Positions 16,015 to 24,995 of a stretch of 64,000 bases of DNA are shown here, in pieces. The stretch is taken from sequence record MN988522.1. The stretch is one strand, 5' to 3'. Numbering within the stretch: position 1 is the stretch's first letter; the number at the start of each line of letters is the position of its first letter. Position numbers and translations under genes: made by a program. The notes below the pieces were generated by a model, which was not told the origin of the DNA, ran no database searches, and saw only the letters and a program-made list of their open reading frames with translations.

Positions 16015-16171
16015 GTACCGTTGCGAATGATATGAATACATCGCTGTAGAACCGACGTCGTAAGACATGCTAGTTCAAGTCTAGCTCTCCGTCCCAATAC
16101 TATGACGGAGATGGTGAAATTGGTAGACACATCGGTAGATAAATCTTCATATCGGCTTACAATCTCGGTAT
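16015..16171 (+). ncRNA. Y RNA-like element Y7 (permuted class II/Leu-type module)
   Basis: GTACCG-TTGCGA ... ATCT-CGGTAT; variable-arm hairpin, T arm, TCTCCGT-C-CCA...ACGGAGA, Leu-type D arm. Confidence 0.8.
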
Positions 16172-16180
16172 ATCTTAGAC

Positions 16181-16205
16181 GCTATGTTGCGATAGTCCTC
16201 ATAGC
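16181..16205 (+). promoter_or_regulatory. minimal Y-motif hairpin (Y8) in Ro60 leader
   Basis: GCTATG-TTGCGA-TAGTCCT-CATAGC, 20 nt before the Ro60 ATG. Confidence 0.55.
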
Positions 16206-16225
16206 ATTATCATAGGGAAAATGTC

Positions 16226-17794
16226 ATGGCTTCGATCAATAATAAGTCAGTTGCTAATCTTGCACGTACGGTTGCTCCTAAGGCAGTTGTAGCACCTCGT
16301 ACATTCACTGGTTTATCTCATAACATTCGTAACAATAATGGTGCGATGGCGTATGATATCACTCCTATCGAGCAATTGAGACGTACTGTTCTCTCTTGCA
16401 TGCTCTGGGAGGATTCTGCATATGAGTCTGGTGAACAGATTGCTAATCGTATTGAAAGATTGATCGGAGAGTGTGATCCCTCTGATGTAGCACATCTTGC
16501 TCGTGAAGCAAGACATATCATGAAGCTACGTCATGTTCCTCTCTTTATGTGCATCACGATGCTGAAGTATCCCGAACATAAGAAATATGTTCGTAAGACA
16601 CTCGCATCAGTTATTGAGCGTCCTGATGAGCTTGGTCAAGCTCTCGCTCTCTACTGGAAGGATGCTCTTTCTCCTGCTCGTACTACTGAAGATACTGAAA
16701 TCGGACCTCGAGTTACTTACGTTTCTCAGAGAAAGTCTGATCTGAATCTTCCTCTCCAACTACGTAGAGGTCTTGAAGATGCTCTACAGAAGTTTGACTC
16801 TTATCAGTTGAAGAAGTACCTTATGAAGGACAAGCCTGTCTCTATGGCTGACATTCTTCGTATCGTCCACCCTAAGGGTAAGACTGATGAGATCAAAGCT
16901 ACCTATGGCGAAATCGTCAAGGGTACTGCTACTGCACCTGATACATGGGAGTCTCGTCTCTCATCTTCTGGTAGATCTGAGAAAGCTACAATCTTCACAG
17001 ATATGCTCGAACGTAACAAATTAGGTGCAATGGCTCTACTGAAGAATCTGCGTGGTATGACTGAGGCTGGTGTTGATACCAATCTTATTAATACTGCGAT
17101 TCAGAAGATGAATACTGAACGTGTTCTTCCTTTCAGATTCCTCACAGCTGCTCGTCATGCTCCTCAGTTCAAGTCTAGTCTCGGTGAGGCTATGCTAAAA
17201 TCTCTGAAGGACATTCAGAATCTGCCTGGTCATACAGTACTACTGATTGACATCTCAGGTAGTATGGGTGGACGTATTTCAGGTAAGTCTGATCTGAGAC
17301 GTATTGATGCTGCAGCTGCTATTGCTATCATGTTGAAGGAAATTTGTCAGTCTTCTGATATGTTTGTCTTCAATTATGGTACGTATCAAGTACGTAACGA
17401 TAACGTCTTCTGCGTGAATCAACCTACTGCTAACAATCACGGATACTCCAGGATTGTTGAGAGTACGAGGATCTACAATTACGAAGAAGATGCTGTAGTG
17501 AAGAGAGGATTTGATCTATCAGATCTTATCGTCAATTCAGTAGTTGGTGGAACTGATCTCCAGCAAGCTGTCAGTTACATCAATAATACTGTAGAGTATG
17601 ATCGTATGATTATCTTTACAGATGACGAATCATCTACTGTTCCGCCAGCTCCTAGAGGTCTTTCCTATTCGATCAATGTATCGACTGGAAACTATGGAGT
17701 GACGTACGGTGATTATGTCCACATCAACGGATTCTCTGAAGGTGTGATCGGCTATGTCACTGAGTACGACAAGTACGTGAAGAGTCAGAATTAA
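16226..17794 (+). CDS. rsr: Ro60/TROVE-domain RNA-binding protein (TROVE + VWA)
   Basis: EQLRRTVLSCMLWED, LRHVPL, ERPDEL, LQKFDSYQLKKY, TWESRLS, LGAMALLKNLR, RVLPFRF, VWA LIDISGSM, GGTD. Confidence 0.92.
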   Translation: MASINNKSVANLARTVAPKAVVAPRTFTGLSHNIRNNNGAMAYDITPIEQLRRTVLSCMLWEDSAYESGEQIANRIERLIGECDPSDVAHLAREARHIMKLRHVPLFMCITMLKYPEHKKYVRKTLASVIERPDELGQALALYWKDALSPARTTEDTEIGPRVTYVSQRKSDLNLPLQLRRGLEDALQKFDSYQLKKYLMKDKPVSMADILRIVHPKGKTDEIKATYGEIVKGTATAPDTWESRLSSSGRSEKATIFTDMLERNKLGAMALLKNLRGMTEAGVDTNLINTAIQKMNTERVLPFRFLTAARHAPQFKSSLGEAMLKSLKDIQNLPGHTVLLIDISGSMGGRISGKSDLRRIDAAAAIAIMLKEICQSSDMFVFNYGTYQVRNDNVFCVNQPTANNHGYSRIVESTRIYNYEEDAVVKRGFDLSDLIVNSVVGGTDLQQAVSYINNTVEYDRMIIFTDDESSTVPPAPRGLSYSINVSTGNYGVTYGDYVHINGFSEGVIGYVTEYDKYVKSQN

Positions 17795-17801
17795 GTAGTG
17801 A

Positions 17802-17829
17802 GAATTGGGAGTGAAATACCTCCCAATTC
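17802..17829 (+). terminator. hairpin after Ro60
   Basis: GAATTGGGAG/CTCCCAATTC stem; weak U tail. Confidence 0.5.
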
Positions 17830-17842
17830 CATTTATCTAAAT

Positions 17843-17926
17843 GCCCACTTGATGGAATTGGTAGACATAAGGCACTTAAAATGCCTAGCTTAATGCGTAC
17901 CGGTTCGAGTCCGGTAGTGGGTACCA
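17843..17926 (+). tRNA. tRNA-Leu(UAA)
   Basis: Acceptor GCCCACT/AGTGGGT, loop CT-TAA-AA, A73, CCA. Confidence 0.95.
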
Positions 17927-18190
17927 TCAAACTCAACCCCAAAATCACCTAGCCAAACTCATTATAAATCATAGGCTTCATGAAGAGACCGATGTATCAG
18001 ATAAGCTGACAAGCTATCTTGATTTCGTAGAAGGGATTCTCAACATGCCTAGTCTTGACTTTGCACAGATAGTACCTGTTGAAGCGACTATTCTGAAAAT
18101 TGTAGTCATGCCAAAGGATGGGACTTGTTCAGTCTGGTATAGTATTCGCAACACTGTACATAAGACTGATCTAATCAGAGAAGAAGACAA

Positions 18191-18442
18191 ATGGACGAGA
18201 GTAGTAACAGTACATTAGATGAGTTAGATATCCGTATCTGGATTGCCCTATCTAACTTAAAAAGTGCTGTTAATGCTAAAATGAAAGATAGAGGTATATC
18301 AAACTATCTTGTTGATCTGAACCTTAAGATCAGCGAACGAGATATTTTGACAGACGGAAAATTTCACTCTGAATTTCCCATACCTGACTACAAAGATATT
18401 GATCCTCAAATCCTGAGCGTTTACATGAGCGAGGATCGTTAG
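18191..18442 (+). CDS. hypothetical protein
   Basis: 83 aa ORF. Confidence 0.55.
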   Translation: MDESSNSTLDELDIRIWIALSNLKSAVNAKMKDRGISNYLVDLNLKISERDILTDGKFHSEFPIPDYKDIDPQILSVYMSEDR

Positions 18443-18470
18443 TCAATTAGTCAATGTATTGTAATGAATT

Positions 18471-18520
18471 AGCCTAGTTAATATTGATTCTTCGAATTAG
18501 TATTAACTAGGCTTTCTTTT
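18471..18520 (+). terminator. strong intrinsic terminator ending the RNA island
   Basis: 20-bp stem AGCCTAGTTAATATTGATTC/GAATTAGTATTAACTAGGCT then TTCTTTTT. Confidence 0.8.
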
Positions 18521-18590
18521 TGTCCGATAGGTTCAGTTACGCATTATAAGGGATTCTTTCTTGAAGAAGGTTCCCTCTTGGAGAAGTTAG

Positions 18591-20489
18591 ATGCTAGAAT
18601 TTGCAGGTAAGTATGAAGATCTGAAGGGTATCGTACCCTCGTCTGTTCATACGATTGAGGATCTGGAGAATCAGGTCATCGCATGGGCTAAGGCCTATTA
18701 CGAGAAAGAATCAGAGTTGATTTCTGATGAAGAATTCAATCTCGTTACAGAATATATTGCAGAATTCTATCCTAATAGTCTCGTCTTGAAGACTGGATGG
18801 GGCTATAGACCTGAAGCTACCGACCATCTTCAGGAGTATCCTCACAAGATTCACGCTGGATCTCTTGCTAAGATCAAGTATGCGGACGTTAAGTCTGGTA
18901 ATACGACTTATGATCCTCTATTACGATTCTCTTTGATGCCTAAGGGTGATGGAGGTAGTGTCGTTGCATACTACCACGAAGGCCTCCTGGAAAGAGCTTT
19001 GTCTCGAGGAGATGGAAATGTAGGTCTCGACATCACGAAGAATCTGGTAGCATCTGGATCTCTTCCTACCAAGATCGAGAACAAGAATATCGAATGGGTA
19101 CGAGCAGAGTTGATGCTTACCTGGACTGACTATGAAGCTATCGGAGGTAAGCATCCTCGTAACAAGGCAGTAGGACTTAGTCAGTCTGAGAATGCTGATC
19201 CTGAAGAACTAGCATGCTTGAAGTTCGTAGCTTATCAGTCTAATCTAGACTTCGACTTCGGTATGGAATTGACTCTTCTCAGGAATCTTGGATTCACAAC
19301 TGTCAATCATGTCGAGATGAACTGGTCTGAATTCCTTCAGAAGATTGACGATCAAGTATTCCTAAAGTTATTGAATGAAGATTATCCAACGGATGGTCTT
19401 GTCCTTCGATTCAGTGACGATGCTGCAATCGCATTCAAGTTTCCTGATGAACGAGTTAAGACTAAGATCAAAGACATTGAATGGAATCTGTCGAGAACTG
19501 GTCGTATGGTTCCTAAGGCAATCCTGGAACCTGTCAATCTAGCAGGAGCTACGATTTCCAGAGCGACCTTGAACAACTATGAGTACTTGACTGAACTAGG
19601 ATGCGGTCCAGGATCTGAAGTTGAGATCATTCGATCTAATCTGATTATCCCTAAGATTGTGAAGGTTCTGAATAAGGAACCTGCGAGACGACCACTTGTA
19701 TGCAATAGATGCTATGAGGTATTGGAGGTCGTAAAGACTGATTTGATGTGCGTCAATGAAATGTGCGCATGTCGAGTTATGTCGTCAGTCAATCGTCTCT
19801 TTTCATTGACGAAACCTGACGGTATCGGTGGTAGTGCTTGTACGACTCTCGTTAATGGTCTTGCAATCGATAGTTGGGAGACTGCTAAGTCAAGACTCAT
19901 AGATCAAGACGTAACTGGTTTGGATAAGATCTTCGGTACAAAGACTGAGACTAAGATTCAGGAAATGATCTCGAAGATCAAGAGTCTGAATCAGATAATC
20001 ACTGTCAAAGGTGTACTTTATCTCGCGAATATTCCTAAGCTTGGTAATTCGAGTACAGGACCTATCGCTGAGAATGTCTCAGTGGATGAATTCTTGACTG
20101 CTATTCGTGAAGATGAGATTCCTGTTTCATGGAAGCAGTACTGTGCATCTGAACCTGCATTCAACAATCTTCGTAAGTCGATTCAACGAATTCGACTGAT
20201 ATTAGACTTCCTTAATTGGAAGGTCAATGCTGTAGTGAAAGTTGAGAAAGTAGAAACTCGTCTGAAGTACTGCATGACAGGAACATTTAGTAAGAAGAGA
20301 TCTGAGCTACAAACTGAGTTCTCTAAGTTAGGTCTTGAATTCGTCGATGTCAAGAAAGCTCAAGTCTTGATGTGGGATGGAGAAGATCAGAAGAATAAGT
20401 ATCATACTGCCAAGAAGCTCGGGATTGAGATTATCTCCGAGAAGGAATTCAGAAGTCGATATGTCCAATCAGAAGAAGCCATCGTATAA
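18591..20489 (+). CDS. ligA: NAD-dependent DNA ligase
   Basis: KxDG (PKGDG), LSRGDGNVG, TDGLV, AFKF, SRTGRMVP, RATLNN, C4 Zn finger, BRCT-like C-terminus. Confidence 0.93.
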   Translation: MLEFAGKYEDLKGIVPSSVHTIEDLENQVIAWAKAYYEKESELISDEEFNLVTEYIAEFYPNSLVLKTGWGYRPEATDHLQEYPHKIHAGSLAKIKYADVKSGNTTYDPLLRFSLMPKGDGGSVVAYYHEGLLERALSRGDGNVGLDITKNLVASGSLPTKIENKNIEWVRAELMLTWTDYEAIGGKHPRNKAVGLSQSENADPEELACLKFVAYQSNLDFDFGMELTLLRNLGFTTVNHVEMNWSEFLQKIDDQVFLKLLNEDYPTDGLVLRFSDDAAIAFKFPDERVKTKIKDIEWNLSRTGRMVPKAILEPVNLAGATISRATLNNYEYLTELGCGPGSEVEIIRSNLIIPKIVKVLNKEPARRPLVCNRCYEVLEVVKTDLMCVNEMCACRVMSSVNRLFSLTKPDGIGGSACTTLVNGLAIDSWETAKSRLIDQDVTGLDKIFGTKTETKIQEMISKIKSLNQIITVKGVLYLANIPKLGNSSTGPIAENVSVDEFLTAIREDEIPVSWKQYCASEPAFNNLRKSIQRIRLILDFLNWKVNAVVKVEKVETRLKYCMTGTFSKKRSELQTEFSKLGLEFVDVKKAQVLMWDGEDQKNKYHTAKKLGIEIISEKEFRSRYVQSEEAIV

Positions 20490-21405
20490 AAAGACTTATG
20501 AGATTCTAGATCCTAATGATCCTCCTACTCTAGCTAAAGAGACGGAGGATCATTATGTATTCTATTGTCCTAATTGTGTTGAGAAAAGAGGAAAGCCTGA
20601 CAAAGATGGTAGGCTTTATTGGAGTAAGCCTAAGCAGGTAGGCTACTGCTTCAAATGCGTCACTTCATTCTTTCCTGCAGCAGATGAAAATCTGACTCCT
20701 GAGGAGAATGAGCTCTTCCATATGATTGGACGAACTCTTTCAAAGATGGATAAAGACGAGTCAATCGTTGATCCTCCACCTATGGACTTCTCATTCGATG
20801 CCCTGGATTACGATCTTCTTACTTATTTGAAGAATCGTAATCCATTTTTGCCGTCTCTAGTGAAATTGCTCGGATGTAGAGCGTGGTATGGCAAGATTAA
20901 TGGCGTAGCATTTCCATTTATCTACAAAGATTACGTAGGTAAATTCCAGGTCCGATTTGATACCAAGATCAAGGATAAGAGATATTATACATCTCCTGGC
21001 AAGGACAAGCTACCGTACTCTCCTACAGGTCTGTTCACTGACTTCAAGTTGAGAGATGAACCTACAATCACAATCTGTGAAGGTGTATTCGATGCTATTG
21101 CATTGATGATTCTTGGCTATCCTAATCCAATAGCTGTTCTAGGTAAGACATTGACAGCATTCCAAATCAGACTGTTGAGAACTATGATGCCTTCTAATGC
21201 ATTCGTAGTAATGGATGATTGGGAGATCTCAAAGGCTATTAAAGGTCAGTTGATGAGCAATGTAATCTCAATGGAAGATGTTCGAATCGTTTCATACGGT
21301 GACGACGTTGATCCTGAAGAGTACCTAGTTGAAGAGATTAAGGATCCTGAGAAATTCAAAGTATACGCTAGTAATGTCGCAGAGATTATCAAAACGTATT
21401 CATAA
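20461..21405 (+). CDS. DNA primase (Zn finger + TOPRIM)
   Basis: CPNC..CFKC; ICEGVFDA; MDD..GDDVDP; start moved to MSNQ (20461) to limit the overlap with ligase. Confidence 0.85.
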   Translation: MSNQKKPSYKKTYEILDPNDPPTLAKETEDHYVFYCPNCVEKRGKPDKDGRLYWSKPKQVGYCFKCVTSFFPAADENLTPEENELFHMIGRTLSKMDKDESIVDPPPMDFSFDALDYDLLTYLKNRNPFLPSLVKLLGCRAWYGKINGVAFPFIYKDYVGKFQVRFDTKIKDKRYYTSPGKDKLPYSPTGLFTDFKLRDEPTITICEGVFDAIALMILGYPNPIAVLGKTLTAFQIRLLRTMMPSNAFVVMDDWEISKAIKGQLMSNVISMEDVRIVSYGDDVDPEEYLVEEIKDPEKFKVYASNVAEIIKTYS

Positions 21406-22109
21406 TGAAATTCAATATTGTTGAAATGCAAATTGATGGATATCTTCGGAAAGGCTCACTTCTTCTGACTAAAGAAGATCTGAAGATCCATATTCCTCGT
21501 AAGAAACGAGATCATTATATCGGTATCTCGACTATCACAGGATGTGGTAGAATGCTATGGATGAATTATTTTCATCCAGAGCTCATTAAGTGGCCTGATA
21601 ATTCCAATAATGATCATAAGAGTGCAAGAATATTTGATTACGGTCATATCGTTGAAGACATTGTCGTTCAATGTCTTCTTCTAGGTGGAGCTGAGATCAC
21701 AGGAACTCAAGATCGATACTCAGACTTTGGTGGAGTATTCAAAGGTCACTCAGATGGTATTATCAACGGGAAGCTCGTTGGTGAAATCAAGTCAATGAAC
21801 GAAGACTCATTTAATGACTGGATAGAACGAGGTACTCGTAAGTCTAAGTGGGGATATTATGTTCAGACTTTGATGTACGAATACTACTCCAAAACGTATG
21901 ATGGAGTACTCATCTCGGCTAACAAGAATCGTGCCATCATGAAGTGCGAACACATTCCCTATGACGAAGAAGTAGTCAATTTTCATCTAGAGAAAGCTAA
22001 GAATATCGCTGAAGCTAAAAGCATGTGGCATATCGAGAAAGAATTCATTGAACAAGATATCGATAAGTGCACATTCTGTCCTCTGAGGAAAGCTTGTCAT
22101 GGTTACTAA
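21405..22109 (+). CDS. Cas4/RecB-like PD-(D/E)XK exonuclease
   Basis: GHSDG..GEIKS, YYVQ..MY, N-terminal Cys plus CTFCPLRKAC cluster. Confidence 0.8.
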   Translation: MKFNIVEMQIDGYLRKGSLLLTKEDLKIHIPRKKRDHYIGISTITGCGRMLWMNYFHPELIKWPDNSNNDHKSARIFDYGHIVEDIVVQCLLLGGAEITGTQDRYSDFGGVFKGHSDGIINGKLVGEIKSMNEDSFNDWIERGTRKSKWGYYVQTLMYEYYSKTYDGVLISANKNRAIMKCEHIPYDEEVVNFHLEKAKNIAEAKSMWHIEKEFIEQDIDKCTFCPLRKACHGY

Positions 22110-22404
22110 AGTAGTCAATATGCACAAAGATCGTCATTTTGATATCGATATCACACGCAATGGAATGTATGGCAACCCATTTATTCTTGGTAAAGATGGT
22201 GATCGAGTAAATGTAATTAACAAATTTAGAGACTGGATCAAAGGTATTAGTTGTCAAGAAGTGGAGCCAATTCGACGTAGAAGCATAGTTGAAAGCCTTC
22301 CTTCTATGAAGGATAAGGTACTAGGATGTGTATGTGCTCCTAATCCTTGTCATGGTGATGTTTATGTGGATTTCATTGAAGGAGTTGAAGAGATAATATG
22401 TTGA
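22099..22404 (+). CDS. DUF4326-like protein
   Basis: VVN..DIDITR..YGNPF..GDR..LGCVCAPNPCHGDV. Confidence 0.8.
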   Translation: MVTKVVNMHKDRHFDIDITRNGMYGNPFILGKDGDRVNVINKFRDWIKGISCQEVEPIRRRSIVESLPSMKDKVLGCVCAPNPCHGDVYVDFIEGVEEIIC

Positions 22405-22901
22405 AATGGCGTAAGAGATTTCTTAGGTTGGCTAGAGAGGTCGCATCCTGGAGTAAAGATCCTTCGACAAAAGTTGGATGTGTAGTAGTCGACCCTAAGA
22501 CTAAGAAGATTATCTCACTCTCATACAATGGATTTCCTCGCAATCATCCTGACGATGAAGAGTTGTACAAAGACCGACAGTATAAGCTTGATAATATTAT
22601 CCATGCAGAGATGAATTCGGTCATCGGTAATGATGTCAACGGGATGGATTTATATGTCTGGCCATTCTTCTGTTGTTCAAATTGTGCTAAACATGTAGTT
22701 CAATCAGGTATTAAGATGGTATGTTCATCTAATCTTACACCTGAAAGATGGATAGATGATCTTAACAAATCTAAGAGTATATTTGAAACTAGTGAAGTTG
22801 AATATATTATCTTCAAAGATAAATTCCTAGATATGTCCGAAGATGAAATAGAAATCGAAGTCATAGTAGATGAAGGTTATATTAAACCTGCAAGTTGGTA
22901 A
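22398..22901 (+). CDS. dCMP deaminase
   Basis: SKDPSTKVGC, YNGFPR, HAEMN, CxxC (CSNC). Confidence 0.9.
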   Translation: MLKWRKRFLRLAREVASWSKDPSTKVGCVVVDPKTKKIISLSYNGFPRNHPDDEELYKDRQYKLDNIIHAEMNSVIGNDVNGMDLYVWPFFCCSNCAKHVVQSGIKMVCSSNLTPERWIDDLNKSKSIFETSEVEYIIFKDKFLDMSEDEIEIEVIVDEGYIKPASW

Positions 22902-24616
22902 TAATGGCATCTCGTAGAATTTACAGTCAGCAAGAAATTGATAAGATTACTCCAATGGTCTGGAGGGAGATTGATAAACAATTTCCTTTCGATAGTGCTC
23001 GTTCAGGTCAGAAAGATCTGATTTTCAGAATTGTTAAAGCTTATATGGAAGGCAAGAAGTACTTCATTCTTGAAGCTCCTACTGGTACAGGTAAGTCAGT
23101 TATTGGTACAACTGCTGCAAAAGTGATTTCAGCACTATTCACTCTAGAAGCAGAAGACGATAAGAAGGCTCCTCCTAGCAATAGTTGTGTATGTACTAAG
23201 ACGAAAGCACTTCAGAAACAGTACTCTGACTCCTTTCCAGATATCGTTACACTCTGGTCAAAGACAGGATATCCTTGTAACCTAGAACCGTACAATCCGG
23301 ATGCTTATTACGGATCGTATACATGTTCCAAGAAGTACTGCAAGCTATTCAATGAATGTAATTTCAGAGTAGCTCGTGAGAAGTTTAACAGTGCTAGTAC
23401 TGGTACACTCAACTATGCGTACTACTTGAATTTTCGTCATTATCGATCAAAAGTACTAGTGCTTGACGAATGCCATACACTAGAGCAAGTTCTATGCAAT
23501 CACCTGAGTGTTAAGTTCAATGTAGAATTCACTCATCGTACTCTACAAGTTATGCTTAAGTACGATTTGATATCCTCTGAACTAGCTTCTAAACTTTATG
23601 CACTGCTGACTAATGCGATTTCTATCAAGGATACAATGCCGAGATGGTTTCTTGTTATGAAGTCGATCATTCAAGCTATGAAGCCTATTGTATCCCTGAT
23701 GGTATCGAATTTTAATAGTCTTCAGGATGAAATTGATATGGGTAACTATACAATTGATCCTACGGCTAAGAAGAATCTGTACCATCATGCTGGTTTAGTG
23801 AATACTCTAGAAGGTAAGTTACAGAAGCTACTTCATTCTTCTGTTGAATGGGTTATTTCTGAACGTAAGGACAATGACTTCATTGAATTGAAGCCTGTGG
23901 AATTGCATGAAGAGGCACATATTCTATTCAATAGATGTGAGTTCGCAATCTTAATGTCTGCTACGATCTGTGGTATTCAAGTCTTCGCAGAGAATCTTGG
24001 CATCAAGTTACATGAGTATTCATCAACTCAGTTGAATTCTACTGTACCTATTGAGAATCGTCGAGTATATTCTGTTGGACTACCTTCATTCTCTCGTGAA
24101 ACTAAAGAAGAAGTATTTCCACTTTATGTCCATGTTATGGACGAGTTGATTAGTCAATTTGCACCTAATGATCGAGGAATCATTCATAGTGTATCTTACG
24201 ATAATGCGAGATTTATCGTTGATAATTCTAAGCATTCTCACCGTATGAAGATTCCTGAATCTTACGAATTGATGCATATCAAAGACTATATGTCAATGGA
24301 AGATGATCGTATTATCGTGACTCCTGCAGCAATCGAAGGTCTTGATCTTGAAGGTGATCTATCCAGATTTCAAGCATTCTTGAAAGTACCTTATCCATAT
24401 CTTGGAGACAAGTGGGTAGCTCGTAAGAAAGAAATCAGTAATGATTGGTACCTGCGAGAGACTATCTCAGCTATCGTACAAGGTGCTGGACGAAGCGTTC
24501 GTGGTGGTGATGATTATGCTACCACTTTTATTATGGATAGTAATTTTGATCGCTTAACTTATCGAGGAGATTTGATTCCTCAATGGTTCAGTGAAGCTAT
24601 TGTTAAATTAGGTTAA
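22895..24616 (+). CDS. DinG/XPD-family helicase
   Basis: EAPTGTGKS, Fe-S Cys cluster, LDECH, MSAT, EGLDL, KVPYP, QGAGRSVR. Confidence 0.9.
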   Translation: MVIMASRRIYSQQEIDKITPMVWREIDKQFPFDSARSGQKDLIFRIVKAYMEGKKYFILEAPTGTGKSVIGTTAAKVISALFTLEAEDDKKAPPSNSCVCTKTKALQKQYSDSFPDIVTLWSKTGYPCNLEPYNPDAYYGSYTCSKKYCKLFNECNFRVAREKFNSASTGTLNYAYYLNFRHYRSKVLVLDECHTLEQVLCNHLSVKFNVEFTHRTLQVMLKYDLISSELASKLYALLTNAISIKDTMPRWFLVMKSIIQAMKPIVSLMVSNFNSLQDEIDMGNYTIDPTAKKNLYHHAGLVNTLEGKLQKLLHSSVEWVISERKDNDFIELKPVELHEEAHILFNRCEFAILMSATICGIQVFAENLGIKLHEYSSTQLNSTVPIENRRVYSVGLPSFSRETKEEVFPLYVHVMDELISQFAPNDRGIIHSVSYDNARFIVDNSKHSHRMKIPESYELMHIKDYMSMEDDRIIVTPAAIEGLDLEGDLSRFQAFLKVPYPYLGDKWVARKKEISNDWYLRETISAIVQGAGRSVRGGDDYATTFIMDSNFDRLTYRGDLIPQWFSEAIVKLG

Positions 24617-24618
24617 TT

Positions 24619-24927
24619 ATGAGCAAATATCGTACAGTACATACTCTCAAAACGCTTGCACCATTCTACTATGCTGTAATGGGTGGTGAGAAGACATTTG
24701 AGATTCGTAAGAATGACCGACAATTTCAGAAGGGTGATCTTCTAGTCCTTGATCTTTACGAACCAGATGCTCAAACAAAGAATAGTGTGATTAGACCAGT
24801 ATCTATTTACTGTGAAGTAACTTGGGTACTCGCTGGAGGTCAATTTGGTATTGAGCCAGGATATGCAGGACTAGCTATTCGTAATCTTGTTTTGCAGGAA
24901 TTCAACGAATTAAGAGGTCCTTTCTGA
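24619..24927 (+). CDS. ASCH/DUF3850-like protein
   Basis: HTLKT..GEKTFEIRKNDRQFQKGD. Confidence 0.8.
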   Translation: MSKYRTVHTLKTLAPFYYAVMGGEKTFEIRKNDRQFQKGDLLVLDLYEPDAQTKNSVIRPVSIYCEVTWVLAGGQFGIEPGYAGLAIRNLVLQEFNELRGPF

Positions 24928-24935
24928 TATTATTC

Positions 24936-24963
24936 AGCGAATCTGACGTCTAAAAGCCTTCCT
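24936..24963 (+). promoter_or_regulatory. conserved motif copy 5
   Basis: agcgaa tctgacgtctaaa agccttcct, upstream of the HD and DNA polymerase genes. Confidence 0.7.
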
Positions 24964-24995
24964 TTCTACGACCCCTTAGATGAGATCGATACTTT

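Noticed and set aside
15044-16205. Repeat array as a CRISPR array
   Set aside because: Shared sequence is limited to short motifs (TTGCGA, ATCTC) flanked by covarying stems and tRNA arms; there are no identical 25-45 nt direct repeats with spacers
20377-20460. Longer primase N-terminus
   Set aside because: Would overlap the ligase by 113 nt; MSNQ at 20461 is preferred
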